DNA of 63,794 bases, the filler included, from Stramenopiles sp. TOSAG23-3 (taxonomy: Eukaryota): assembly GCA_900128585.1 (NCBI GenBank). It is 9 parts of 9 records of this genome, joined end to end, with 100 filler letters (N's around TTAATTAATTAA, not from the genome) between each part and the next. Parts side by side here need not be neighbours in the genome. Positions count along the whole stretch, not along the records: positions 39,288 to 48,993 come from LT642890.1; positions 49,094 to 58,791 come from LT642891.1; 7 more parts are not named here. One strand, written 5' to 3'. A program made the translations under genes and the position numbers. Positions 44,555 through 55,871 of the stretch are shown here, one piece after another (position 1 is the first letter of the stretch; each line of letters begins with the position of its first letter). A model generated the notes under the pieces. The model worked only from the letters and a program-made list of their open reading frames with translations, made no database searches and was not told where the DNA came from.

Positions 44555-45228
44555 TGTTCGGAGCAGAAAGATGGCAAAGAGAGAATATCCCAAGCAACAA
44601 TAACTTGATTTATGTATGAATAATTGAATGATAGAACAATTTGTTATTAACTATGCATTATATTCTTTTCATTGGGCCACCACTACCTTGTGTCTATTTA
44701 TTTTGTTTCAATTTTGTTTCTTATTAGATTCGCCTCGAACTCTTTTTTGTTTTTTTTTTTTTTGTTACTACTTATTACCTTGGTGGTATTATTATTATCA
44801 TGAAAATGATGATGTGATGATATATGATGTGAGATGAGGACGGACTTCTTCTTCTTCTTTGCTGCTGCTGTTATTATATTAAAAAATTAATAATAAAAAA
44901 AAATATCTTTCTTTTTTTTAAATTTACCTGAAAATTACCACCCCATGATGTGGTGTGGGTGAGATGTGTTTGTTGCATCTTCTCTTCTTTTTTGAATGAA
45001 GAAGAAGAAGAAGTATGATTAATAGTAGTAGTAGCAAAATTTGAAATGAACGTAATTTTTGGTGGAATTATATTCAAACATTAAAGAAATGAGACATATA
45101 TACAATGAAGCTGTTTTGAAAAAAAATTGAAAGGGATGCAGTTGTTTTACTTGAACAAGGGATCATTGAAGAATTAGTGCACATATATAAGTATTGTAAA
45201 AGAAATTATTCAAGAATCTAGAATAATA

Positions 45229-46827
45229 ATGAACCTTGCTTCCAAACTCCTAGTTCTTGCGGCGCTCTCCTCTGGGGTCAGCGTTGCCCAAGAGCAGCCA
45301 TTCATTTGGCCTGCCCCAAAAGAATTCTCCTCTGGGTCTTCAATGCTAACAGTAGATGGTTCTAACTGCAAGATTTTTGCACCAACGTCCCCGAGCGTGC
45401 CTAAAACTCTTAAGGCGGCGTTTCAGCGTTATTGCGCTTTGACGTTTCCGCATATTGCCAACAGCGACCTCAGCGCCAACGCAGAAATTAGCTCCTTGAG
45501 CGTTATGTGGAAAGATCCCGACGAGTCACACCCACAAATCGATACCGACGAAAGCTACTCCCTGGAACTGTCGTCCACTTCAGCAACCCTATCCGCCACG
45601 ACGATCTACGGAGTCATGCGGGGTTTGGAAACGTTCAGCCAACTGGTAGTTTTTGATTTCGAAACAAAGACCTACGTTGTCCACGAAGCTCCTTGGAAAA
45701 TCAACGACGCGCCCCGTTTCCCTCATCGTGGGCTTATGATTGATACTGCGCGCCATTTCGAAACCCTTGCATCTATTAAGAACATGATCGACAGTTTGCC
45801 CTACGCAAAGATAAACGTGCTTCATTGGCATATGGTGGACACTCAATCCTTTCCTTTTGAAAGCAAACTGTTCCCAAAATTGTGGAATGGGGCATACTCT
45901 GAATTTGAAAAGTTTACCCAGGAAGACATTGCTGCAGTGGTGGAGTATGCACGGATGCGTGGGGTTCGGGTCATTGTTGAGTTTGACGTACCAGGGCATG
46001 CTGGATCATGGTGCAAAGGCTACCCAGAGATCTGTCCGAGCACAACGTGCTTGCAGCCACTCAATGTTGCGAACAACTTTACGTTTCAACTTTACGAAGG
46101 CCTCTTGAGCGAGTGCACAGGCGGAAAAGCGAGCCATAAGGACATTCCTTCAGGTCTGTTCCCCGATAATTTTATTCACCTTGGGGGGGATGAAGTGAAC
46201 ACTGCCTGTTGGACATCAACGCCGGCAGTGAAGAGTTGGTTGGATGCCCATGGCATGACACCTGACCAAGGGTATGCGTACTTTGTGAAGAAAGTTGCCG
46301 ACGTCGCAATTAGTCAGGGCCGACGGCCTATTCAGTGGAGTGAGGTATTTGATCATTTTAAAACTGAATTACCGAAAGACGTAATCGTTCACATCTGGAA
46401 AAGTGTTACGAACGTGACCGAGGTTGTTGCGGATGGCTACAACGTCTTACTTAATGTTGGATACGATGCAAAGTCGTGGTATTTGGATAACTTGAATGTG
46501 AACTGGACCGCCGTTTACCTAAATGAACCGTGCGAGAAGGTTCCAGACGATTTGTGCCCCAAAATCCTAGGAGGACACGGGGAGATGTGGGGGGAAACAG
46601 TTGACACATCGGATATTGCCCAGACAGTGTATCCCCGAATGGCAGCGATTGCTGAAAGGCTTTGGAGTCCAAGAAGTGTGGTCGGAAATTTGACCGACGC
46701 CAGACCACGCATTAAGTACTTTCGATGCCTTTTAAACCGAAGAGGCATCGCAGCTGCGCCGGTCAGTAATCCAAACGCGCGCAGCGCCCCAATTGGTCCA
46801 GGATCTTGTTTTCAGCAACGTCGATAA
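45229..46827 (+). CDS. GH20 beta-N-acetylhexosaminidase
   Basis: Signal peptide, IWPAP, DESYSL, RGLETFSQL, PRFPHRGLMIDTARH, EFDVPGH, HLGGDEV, MWGE, AERLWS. Confidence 0.97.
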   Translation: MNLASKLLVLAALSSGVSVAQEQPFIWPAPKEFSSGSSMLTVDGSNCKIFAPTSPSVPKTLKAAFQRYCALTFPHIANSDLSANAEISSLSVMWKDPDESHPQIDTDESYSLELSSTSATLSATTIYGVMRGLETFSQLVVFDFETKTYVVHEAPWKINDAPRFPHRGLMIDTARHFETLASIKNMIDSLPYAKINVLHWHMVDTQSFPFESKLFPKLWNGAYSEFEKFTQEDIAAVVEYARMRGVRVIVEFDVPGHAGSWCKGYPEICPSTTCLQPLNVANNFTFQLYEGLLSECTGGKASHKDIPSGLFPDNFIHLGGDEVNTACWTSTPAVKSWLDAHGMTPDQGYAYFVKKVADVAISQGRRPIQWSEVFDHFKTELPKDVIVHIWKSVTNVTEVVADGYNVLLNVGYDAKSWYLDNLNVNWTAVYLNEPCEKVPDDLCPKILGGHGEMWGETVDTSDIAQTVYPRMAAIAERLWSPRSVVGNLTDARPRIKYFRCLLNRRGIAAAPVSNPNARSAPIGPGSCFQQRR

Positions 46828-46899
46828 TCAGTGAGCTGAATTCAGTTTATTTTTATCAAGATATGATATCTGAAGATAAATTTTAATTACTACATACAA

Positions 46900-46956
46900 A
46901 AATAACAGCCAATTTTTTGTTAATGACAGATTTAAAAACAAAAAATTGGCTGTTAT
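46900..46956. repeat. Tail-to-tail inverted pair of the dispersed element between convergent GH20 and uricase genes
   Basis: AATAACAGCCAATTTTTTGTT...AACAAAAAATTGGCTGTTAT. Confidence 0.88.
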
Positions 46957-47069
46957 GTAAGAAATAAATTAACATTGCACGAAACACTTCTACCTGGTAC
47001 TACTTTATGATACCTTGTACAGAATTAAAAAAATCTTTTCATTTCCCTTGAATTCATTTACCGCACCAA

Positions 47070-48011
47070 TTACAAACGGCTTTTCAGGTTTTGGCTACCA
47101 CTCCTCGACACCGTCGCTTGGATGATCCCGAACGGTTCCTTGGTGACCCAGAACACGTCTGGGTTTCCTGTGTAATCCTTGTTTTCAAGACGAAAAGGGG
47201 CCATGTCTACCGGGATGTTATGAATGTTGGGCAGGTAAAGAGTGATCGAACCGACCTCGGAGACTTGGTTTATTACCGCTTTTCCCATCTGGAAGGCCGT
47301 CTCTTGAAGGCTGGCAGAGGGGACACCCGTTTGGACCGGCCCCGAGAACGCCTTGACCATTTCCTTCCGGATGCGGGAGGTGACCGCTTCAAAATCGCCG
47401 CAGTTTTCAGTTGCCCCTGGAAGGTATTCCCACGACGAATCGACCGAGGTCGCGAGCAATCGCTCGTTCGATTCCGGCAAGGCCGTGTACCGATCCCGGA
47501 CAAAGTTTGCAAAGGACGACTGCGTCGTCTTCAAAAGGGTCAGGTTCTTGACGCCGCCTGTCAGCTTGGCCACGACTACGTTTCCCCGGCCTCCTGGCAG
47601 TGAACGCTTGACGTGGCAGTGCGCCGTACCAACGTTTGGCCCGGTTTTCTGAAAACCGTGGTTGTGCGGCTGCCCGTCGATGTGAATGCGGTTCCAGGTC
47701 TCCTCTTCTACGTTCACTTTGCACTCGTGGATAGCGTTCGGGTAGGTAGAAACGAAGTGAGTGGCTATTATTTTGGCAAAAGCTTCCGCGGATTTTGTTC
47801 TTTCCGTGAGCTGCTTTGCAAGGATAAATACGGTGTTCTTCTGCGTGTCGGTGGCAACTATCATAGAATTATCGCTGTTCAAAAAAGCCCCATCTACGGG
47901 ACCAATCAGGTTAGTCTCTACAAGGAATTGCCTTACTTCGTGCCTTGCACCGTTCCGAAAGACTTTCATTACCCGGACTTGCCCTTTGCCATGGTGGTGT
48001 GCAGTGAGCAT
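47070..48011 (-). CDS. UOX: Uricase (urate oxidase), peroxisomal
   Basis: HGKGQVRVMKV, IVATDTQKNTV, LLKTTQSSFANF, YTALPE..ERLLAT, SASLQET, LPNIH, PFGIIQATV; C-terminal PTS1 SRL. Confidence 0.97.
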   Translation of the reverse strand: MLTAHHHGKGQVRVMKVFRNGARHEVRQFLVETNLIGPVDGAFLNSDNSMIVATDTQKNTVFILAKQLTERTKSAEAFAKIIATHFVSTYPNAIHECKVNVEEETWNRIHIDGQPHNHGFQKTGPNVGTAHCHVKRSLPGGRGNVVVAKLTGGVKNLTLLKTTQSSFANFVRDRYTALPESNERLLATSVDSSWEYLPGATENCGDFEAVTSRIRKEMVKAFSGPVQTGVPSASLQETAFQMGKAVINQVSEVGSITLYLPNIHNIPVDMAPFRLENKDYTGNPDVFWVTKEPFGIIQATVSRSGSQNLKSRL

Positions 48012-48993
48012 GGTATTGGAAGATAGAACAAAGGGAGGGGCCTTAAAGGGAACGAACGTGTGTAACGTGTGGCTTTAATAAAATGGGTTATCTTCGCCTT
48101 CTTTTCTTCTTTCTTTTCTTTCTATAATAATACCATCCATAATATCAATGCAAATTTGAAGGTATGTAATGCATATGGATTGTTCGTACCAAACTGATCA
48201 TTTTTGTTTTTGTACCGCCGCCGGTACTTATTGACACATTTTATATTTATTAGAAGAAGAAGAAGTCTTCAACGTGGGGTGGTGTGTTGTTTGCATGCTG
48301 GTTGTTTTTTGTTGTTCTTTCGTCGTCTAAATAAATAAAAAATAGAATACATTCCTATACTGTGTATATGTTATTAAATTAATTATTTCTGTTTATTTGT
48401 GAAATAAAATTGAAGATGAAGTTTGTTTTCTTCCTTCTTTTTTTTCTTTCATATTAAACCACCATCATAGTTAATTATTAATGAATAATAATAGAACGAA
48501 TAAAGAAGGAGAGTTGAAGTTGATTTTACAATAATAATATAAATAGGTAATAAATATATTAATATAAGTATATTATATTGTATAGTATATATTAACGATG
48601 ATTTGTGTGGCTAAAAAAAAGAAGAAAGAAAAAGAAAGAAAGAATGAGAAAAGAAGATGAGGAGCCATTGAGTCCACCACATACGAGAAGAGAAGAAGAT
48701 CCACCAGCCAAGACGACCCAAACAAACCCCGAAAGCAGTAAGCATGAATTGAATCAATCACAACAGAAGATGATGCAAGAAAGAAAAGGGAGAATAATAT
48801 CTTCTTTACTTTTTACGTGTGTATATCTATGTAGTAGAAGACGCTTCTATATTTGAAATCGACTACAAATAGTTTTGCATCCTCATCTAGTCTTTTTGCA
48901 ACGTCCCATTTCCTTCACCCAGCTCTCACCTCTTTCCTTTATATCATGCTGACTACCCTATCGGCGCGAGCGTGGCACGTCGACGCGTACAGG

Positions 48994-49093
48994 NNNNNNN
49001 NNNNNNNNNNNNNNNNNNNNNNNNNNNNNNNNNNNNNTTAATTAATTAANNNNNNNNNNNNNNNNNNNNNNNNNNNNNNNNNNNNNNNNNNNN
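48994..49093. other. Artificial contig linker
   Basis: N44-TTAATTAATTAA-N44. Confidence 0.99.
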
Positions 49094-49457
49094 ATTTACC
49101 TGCTATGTGCCTATATTCATCATCACATCGAATCAATAATAAAAATAACAACCGAACCTCCTCCTCCTTCTTCTTCTTCTTCTTCTTTTTCTTCTTCTTC
49201 TTCCTTCATCATTCATCATCAATAATAATAATAATAATTATTATACAATCAATGGATTTTCAATGTACATAAGTCAACGAGAGTCTGTACGAAAGGAATC
49301 ATACAACGGAAGTAGCTTCAAAAAAAAAAAAAAAGGTTAATGTTGTGTAACAGTGGCAAACGAATAAAGACAGTGCCAACGATAGACCATTTTTGGTATG
49401 TAATTTTGTAGAGGTTCGTTATTATACGCTGCGTGGTGGACAATTCCAATAGTAGAT

Positions 49458-52410
49458 ATGAGTGGCAAAAACGTTCGTGTTACCTACGACAGGGCGTCGC
49501 GAACGTTCCAGCTTAGGCCAGGGAAATTGCTGTACGCTTTTTGCATAAACTCGTCGGGTCAGTTGGAGCATTTGTATTGGGGGGTGGATTTGGGAGAAAA
49601 GGTTTCGCTGACATATCTTCAGCGGGCCAATGTAAAGTTAACGTTTCAAACGGCTCCGTCAGAAGACGTTTTGACCCCTGCTGGCCCGATCGATGCCGTC
49701 AAAAGTACCGCCGAAACCATGACACCCAGCAAGGCATGGAAAAAGTATCGGGGGGCGCACGATGTCTACCGCCGCAGAGCTGAAAACGCTTCTTGGAGAA
49801 TATGGGGAAGGCACCGTTTGGGAAAACCCAACACGCCCGCGAGCCCTTCGCCGTTGGATAAAACCCCTGCCAGAGCGTCTTCGCCAGTTCCGGTGTGGGG
49901 CAGAAATCGAAGCTTCAGTTCGACGGAGCTGTTTAAAATGTCGTCATCCTCCGGCCCAACAAGCGTTCTCCACAAGAAAAAAAATGTGGCACCGCACCAT
50001 GCCGACACGGGGCCTGTGGCGGCGGCGAAAAAAGAATTAGTGGGGCCTGGAACGATAAAGCAGGAATTTAGTGACCATGGAACTGGGGATTTTCGTTCCC
50101 CGTCCTTCCAAGTATCGTACGAGAAAGATGGCTCCTTTGTTTCTCCTTTGACGTACAAGTCGCACAAGATAATTAATGGCAGGTTGCCGATGAAAGTGGC
50201 CCATATGCCCCATATTCGGTCGTGGGCGGCCAACAAAGCAGAGGAAGCCGATTTCGGCACGACGTTGGTCGTTACTTTGGTCGACTCTTTCACCAATTTG
50301 GAGGTCGACTTGAATTACACTGTTGTTCACGACCACGACGTTTTGTTGCGCAGCACAGTTTTTCGGAATCCCACACGCGCGCAAGTGCTGTTTGACAATT
50401 CTCCCAATGCTCGAAACACCCATGTTGGGACAGCAACGATTCACCGTGCTATGAGCGCTTCGTTGGATTTTGAAAACGAGCGGGGTGGGTACCAGCTTAC
50501 ATACCTCAGCGGGTCATGGGCCCGAGAGCGACACGTCGAGCACACGAGAATACAGCCAGGGCTTTTCTCCATAGGGTCCACCAGGGGCACGTCCAGCCAC
50601 GTGCACAACCCATTTGCAGTTCTCTCGAGAGGCAGCCAAGAGCCACGGGAGACGGACGGGGACGTTTTTGGATTTGCTCTGGTATACTCGGGCAACCACA
50701 TTGTAGAAGCAGAAGGGAACGAAGTGGGCCGCGTTCGCTTCAACATTGGAATTCACCCCACGGGTTTCTGCTGGTCCCTCCCCCCTGGGGCCGAATTCCA
50801 AACGCCCGAGTGCGTAATGGTGTACTCGCAAAACGGGTTGGGGGGCATGAGTCGCATTTTTCACCGTCTTTTTCTCAATCATTTGATCCCTAAGCAGTGG
50901 GCGGCTCGCCCTCAGCCCATACTCCTAAACTCGTGGGAAGCCCAGTACTTTGACGTGTCCCACGACGCGATAACAGAAATGGCTATGGAGGCGAATAAAC
51001 TGGGCATCGAGATGATTGTCCTCGATGACGGCTGGTTCGGCAAGCGGAACGATGCAAACTCATCACTTGGCGACTGGTTCCCGAATCGGGATAAATTTCC
51101 TTTTGGGATTCGTGGATGCGCCCATTCCATCGAATCGATGGGAATGAAAATGGGCCTATGGTTCGAACCAGAAATGGTGTCCACAGATTCCGAGTTGTAC
51201 CGTGCTCACCCCGACTGGTGCCTTCATGTTCCCGGACGACCATCGCAGCGCGGAAGAAACCAGCTTGTTTTGGACATGGGACGCGCAGACGTTCGGGCGT
51301 ACTTGTTGAAGAAAATATCAAAAATCTTGAAATCGGCATCGATTTCCTACGTGAAATGGGACATGAATCGATACCTGACCGAAGTCTTTTCTCTGCAGCT
51401 GCAGAAGGCAAACCAGGGGGAGGCGTCTCATCGGTTTATGATGGGAACGTATGAATTGCTGCATTCTTTTGTTACTGCCTTTCCCGACTTGCTGCTGGAG
51501 ACTTGCTCCGGCGGGGGGGGGGCGCTTCGACCCTGGCATGCTATATTACTCCCCACAAATATGGACAAGCGACAACACGGATGCTATGAACCGTGTGCCC
51601 ATCCAATATGGAACAAGCTTGCTGTACCCGGCGCGTTGCATGGGGTCTCATTACTCCGTGTCCCCGAATCACATTACCATGCGGCAGTGTCGGTCAAGGA
51701 CTCGCGCGTTTGTTGCCATGTGTGGCACTTTTGGGTTTGAGTTGAATCTGCACACGATTCCCATGGACGAGCGAAAGATGATCCCCCAGTACATACGGGT
51801 GCACAGAGAGGTGCGTGAAATCGTCAATTCTGGAGATTTGTTCCGTTTATGGAGTCCCTCAGATGCCCCCAGTGCGGCTTGGATGTACGTGACGGTCGAT
51901 CGCAAGAAAGCTGTCGTGTTTGCGTTCAACATGGGAATGAGACATTGGAGTGATTTAATGCCCACGTTAAGGTTGCAAGGGCTCGACCAGGGCACCGACT
52001 ATGCAGTCACGGAGCCGATGCCCAACGAGTTCACGAGGAAAGAAGACAATTTGCAAGTTGTGCGCGCGACGGAGCCATCATACCAGTTACGACAGCCAAA
52101 GGTCTGGCTCAGTGGTGCAGCACTAATGGAGGCTGGTCTGCCAATTCAATTTTTTGCCAGCGACGATGCGACTTGCTTCGTTCTGACCGCTGAAAGCAAG
52201 GCGGGGCAAGATGTTGCGGCCTCTGGACCAATGATGCGCCACGTTGGGAGCAACATCCGGATCAACAATATGGGAGTGTACACAACAATCTCCGATAAGG
52301 TGACCTCCCTGACCGTAGAAAACATAAGATCCGTCGAATGGAGCGGCGATAGCCTTGCAAACGAGGGACAAGGCGACGATGAGCTGATTTGCGAAGACTT
52401 GATGTTTTAA
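49458..52410 (+). CDS. GH36 alpha-galactosidase (melibiase); +1 frameshift at G10 run 51513-51522
   Basis: LEHLYWG, GTGDFRSP, GSWARER, LVYSGN, LNSWEA.YFD, VLDDGWFG, GLWFEPEMV, YVKWDMNR. Removing one G restores CSGGGGRFDPGM..Y.PQIWTSDNTDA, 983 aa. Confidence 0.93.
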
Positions 52411-52677
52411 CACATGCGCGTATGCGTGCAAAACGTTTGCGACAAACAAGGCACATGAACTTCTAATATTATGTACCTTTTTATTTATATTTTTGTACTG
52501 AAAGATGATGATAACAAAAAATATTATATACCGTAGTAGCTGCTGTGTGTATATAAAAAGCTTTTGCTTTTGAAAAGAATAGTTCGCGTAGTTACGTTGT
52601 ACATATATATTAGAATAAAAAGATTAGACGACTATTAGAGTTTTTATAAGAGTCGTATAAAATTAATATTACAAGCA

Positions 52678-53868
52678 CTAGGTCAACGCAGCAATCAAGA
52701 AACCTTGGATGTTAACGATTCGACCCCTGCATAATGGACACGTCCGTTGCCGTTCCCTCCATTCATTGATGCATTTCGTATGGTACATGTGCTTGCACCC
52801 CAATATGCAAACGTTTGATGTCCGCTCATCTTCTTCAACAAGGAGTGGTTCGAGGCAGATCGAACAATCGCCTTGGTCGTGAAGGTCGACCCCATCCAGA
52901 GCGCCGTCGCCCGCACCTGGGTTATGGGTGGAGGAGATAACCTGGTACCGTCGTTGTCGTCGTCGGTGCACGGGTTCTTCTTCTGCGGGCGCGTTGCTTT
53001 CGCAGGATTCCTGAGCCCCTTCGCTTCGCATCTGGGCCCGTATGTTCTCTAAAGACTGCTGCATTTCCATGCTGTTCTGGACCCAGGACAACCGGAATTT
53101 CCGGACGACTATCATCAGTATAACCCACAGAACGATGCCCCCCCCTACGATCGGTACAAACTGATCGTTCTCCACCCACTCATCGAATTTTAGCCCACCG
53201 AACGCTCCCAGTAACAGGATTGGAACGAGGTAGCACGGGCGCAGGACACGGACCCGATCACGTGCCCGGTGCGAAACAAAGGCGAGGACCAGGACTACGG
53301 TCGCGCAGAACCCGAGCCGGTGCACCGGGTTGGTTTCAAACGGCAGCGCGGCCCAAAACGACAAACCTACTTTGCACACTTCCACGGCGATCGCAAAAGC
53401 CGACGAGGTAATCGTATAGGAATAAAACAGGTCTGCCTGTTGAAAGCGCCTGAAAAGAAACCAAAGCGGGGGTCCAAGAATTAATTTCCCAAGCACCCAA
53501 GCGCACTCTGCCACCACGGTCGTTGCGACCCAGAGAAACTGCAGCGTGCTTGACACCAAAGGCACAAGCAACCGATTCACCACCGGGAAGGCCACCCTTT
53601 TGAAAAGGTTCTGGAAAAAATTAATCGTATCACCAACTGTTGCTATTGCAACGCCAGGTATGTCCCAGAAATGTTTGGAAAAACAGGTGTCTACGATAGT
53701 TCGCACGGCAAAAACGACAATCCCTAGACATATGGAGCACCCTTCGCTGATGCAACGTACCACAAGACGGACAAACTTGAACACCGTATAGAGACCATAC
53801 CCTTCCATCTTTCCATGAATCAAACCCAACACCAAAACAAAAAACTCATACACCAACACCTGCTTCAA
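52678..53868 (-). CDS. Multi-pass membrane RING-H2 E3 ubiquitin ligase (start uncertain; first ATG 53808)
   Basis: Several TM segments; CSICLEP...CKHMYHTKCINEW...CPLCR at the C-terminus. Confidence 0.88.
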   Translation of the reverse strand: MKQVLVYEFFVLVLGLIHGKMEGYGLYTVFKFVRLVVRCISEGCSICLGIVVFAVRTIVDTCFSKHFWDIPGVAIATVGDTINFFQNLFKRVAFPVVNRLLVPLVSSTLQFLWVATTVVAECAWVLGKLILGPPLWFLFRRFQQADLFYSYTITSSAFAIAVEVCKVGLSFWAALPFETNPVHRLGFCATVVLVLAFVSHRARDRVRVLRPCYLVPILLLGAFGGLKFDEWVENDQFVPIVGGGIVLWVILMIVVRKFRLSWVQNSMEMQQSLENIRAQMRSEGAQESCESNAPAEEEPVHRRRQRRYQVISSTHNPGAGDGALDGVDLHDQGDCSICLEPLLVEEDERTSNVCILGCKHMYHTKCINEWRERQRTCPLCRGRIVNIQGFLIAALT

Positions 53869-54029
53869 TGTTCAACCGTTCAAGGTAATTTCCCTTTCGG
53901 TTATTAATTTCTCAATAATTTGTATAAAGTATAATAATAATATTAATAATAAAAACAAACACAACAAAAAAAAACAACACAAATAATAATATGTTGTCTC
54001 TTTCTTCTCTGATGATGATGATGATTGAT

Positions 54030-54460
54030 CTCTCTCTTCTCTTCTGATGTCGTCTTTGCGTCTTTGCCTATAGATATTATAAACCCTAATTGTAAACCAG
54101 ATTCTTCTGAAGAAGAAGCGGCGAGGAGGAGAAGAAGAAGAAGAATGAATTTTAATAATAAATAAATAAAACCCTAATAATAACCCTTCTTTCTTCTTCT
54201 TCTTTGTTGATTCTTCTTCTCGTTCTTCTGAGAAGAAGAAAGAAGAAGAAGAATATGAAGGAAAAAAAAAATGTAACGTTCTTCTTTTTTATTCCGTCGA
54301 GTCTATAATTCCTATACTGTGTCTATATATATAAAGGAAGTTGAAGAAGAAGAAGAAAGAAGAAGAAAAACAAAATAATAATAATCATCGTCATATACCA
54401 CCACCAAGTATTCCATCATAATCATCGCATCTTCTTCTGCTGAAGAAGAAGAAACATAAA
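54030..54460. repeat. (GAA/TTC)n-rich divergent intergenic region with two AAACCCTAA telo-box-like motifs (54081, 54169)
   Basis: Read directly. Confidence 0.6.
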
Positions 54461-54660
54461 ACATAAACATAAACAACACAAACAACATATTCTAACATAA
54501 GTTATTTAAAAATTAACGAGTAGAAGAAATAGTTCGTTGTTTGTTTATTACGCACTCAGTGTTTGAATCGATTCCAGCGGGTCTTGTGCTGCGAGGAACG
54601 AAAGGCGTCCGTGTAGTCTAGGTTTACAGTAGTATTGTTGGAAACAAAAGTGGAGGAGGA

Positions 54661-55443
54661 ATGAAGGACGAACAACATTGTGCAACCCCAGTACCCAAAT
54701 CACCTGCGCTGCGGCGTCTTAGTCAGATAGACCTCTCATTTTTCTCCCCGTCGTCACCATTTCGTAGTAGCAGTAACCGTGGGCGCGTCTCGCCAGCGTT
54801 TGATTTTTGTGCGCCCGTAAAATCGCCGTTTGTTGATGCGCAAGGCCCCGTCGGGAAGTCGACGAGAAAACGAAAGACAAAGCCAAGGCTTACGAAAAGA
54901 ACGATGCAGATCTTGTCCTTTTTGGAATACGACGGGGTCAATGACAAGGAAAACAGGATGAACGCGACCCCGAAAAAAGCGAGCAGTGCGTTCCCAAGGC
55001 CAGGATCGAAGACTCCGATGAGCGCTCGGAAATTTGCCGCCATGAATTTGAATAGGAAGCAGCAGAAAGGCGACGCCGTAGTAATCGGAATGGGCGGCCC
55101 TGGCGAACCCTCCCCATACGGTTTAGACTACGACCGTTTTGGCAAAGGGCTGGGGGAAAGCGTGAGCCCCAGGGACGATGGGAAGCGGTTCGTCCCCGTG
55201 TATAAAACAATGGCGTTGTATCGTCGATCAGAACGCATGGACCATAACATCAAGTTAGGATTGGACCTGCACGAGTATTTAATAAAGCAAGGGTTAACAC
55301 CGACCCGCGCTACACGAATGGCACGCCCATACTTTATGGACGATGCCCAGTTAAGAACTCCGCCCCCCTCCCTTAGCCCATTTCGTCAATCTGCAAGACT
55401 ACTCTTTGGTCATGACAGTGTTATCCCAACGCCAAAGCAATAG
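54661..55443 (+). CDS. Hypothetical basic S/P-rich protein
   Basis: 260-aa GC-rich ORF with many SP/TP sites and a KEN sequence; no domain recognised. Confidence 0.7.
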   Translation: MKDEQHCATPVPKSPALRRLSQIDLSFFSPSSPFRSSSNRGRVSPAFDFCAPVKSPFVDAQGPVGKSTRKRKTKPRLTKRTMQILSFLEYDGVNDKENRMNATPKKASSAFPRPGSKTPMSARKFAAMNLNRKQQKGDAVVIGMGGPGEPSPYGLDYDRFGKGLGESVSPRDDGKRFVPVYKTMALYRRSERMDHNIKLGLDLHEYLIKQGLTPTRATRMARPYFMDDAQLRTPPPSLSPFRQSARLLFGHDSVIPTPKQ

Positions 55444-55454
55444 CATTTAAAGGT

Positions 55455-55487
55455 TTACTTAAATAACAGCCAATTTTCTTGCTTTTT
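55455..55487 (+). repeat. Dispersed element copy 12 bp after the stop codon
   Basis: TTACTTAAATAACAGCCAATTTTCTTGCTTTTT. Confidence 0.9.
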
Positions 55488-55871
55488 AAAAGAAGGTTTA
55501 GGAATCCTTATAATAAGTAATAATAAAATATATTTAGTTTTTTTGTAGGTGTATGTAATTAATAATATAGCACTACGGTAAATACATGTTGTACTACGGA
55601 GTATTATACCAAGGTAGTACGACGCGCCGCCGGGGAGGCGCGACGGAGGTTGGAGCAAGAAAAGAAGAAGAGAAGAAGAGAAGAAGAAGAAAAAAAAGAA
55701 GAGAGATAGAAGAAGAAAGAACGAGGAGAAGATATTTATTAAAAAAACAAAAAAAAGTATACTAGTATATATATAATATATTATTAAATGATCATAATGC
55801 AAAAGTTTTATCCAGTCAAAAAGAAGGATCATCCATACATATCTGTATATACAATCAAACAAACGAAGAAA

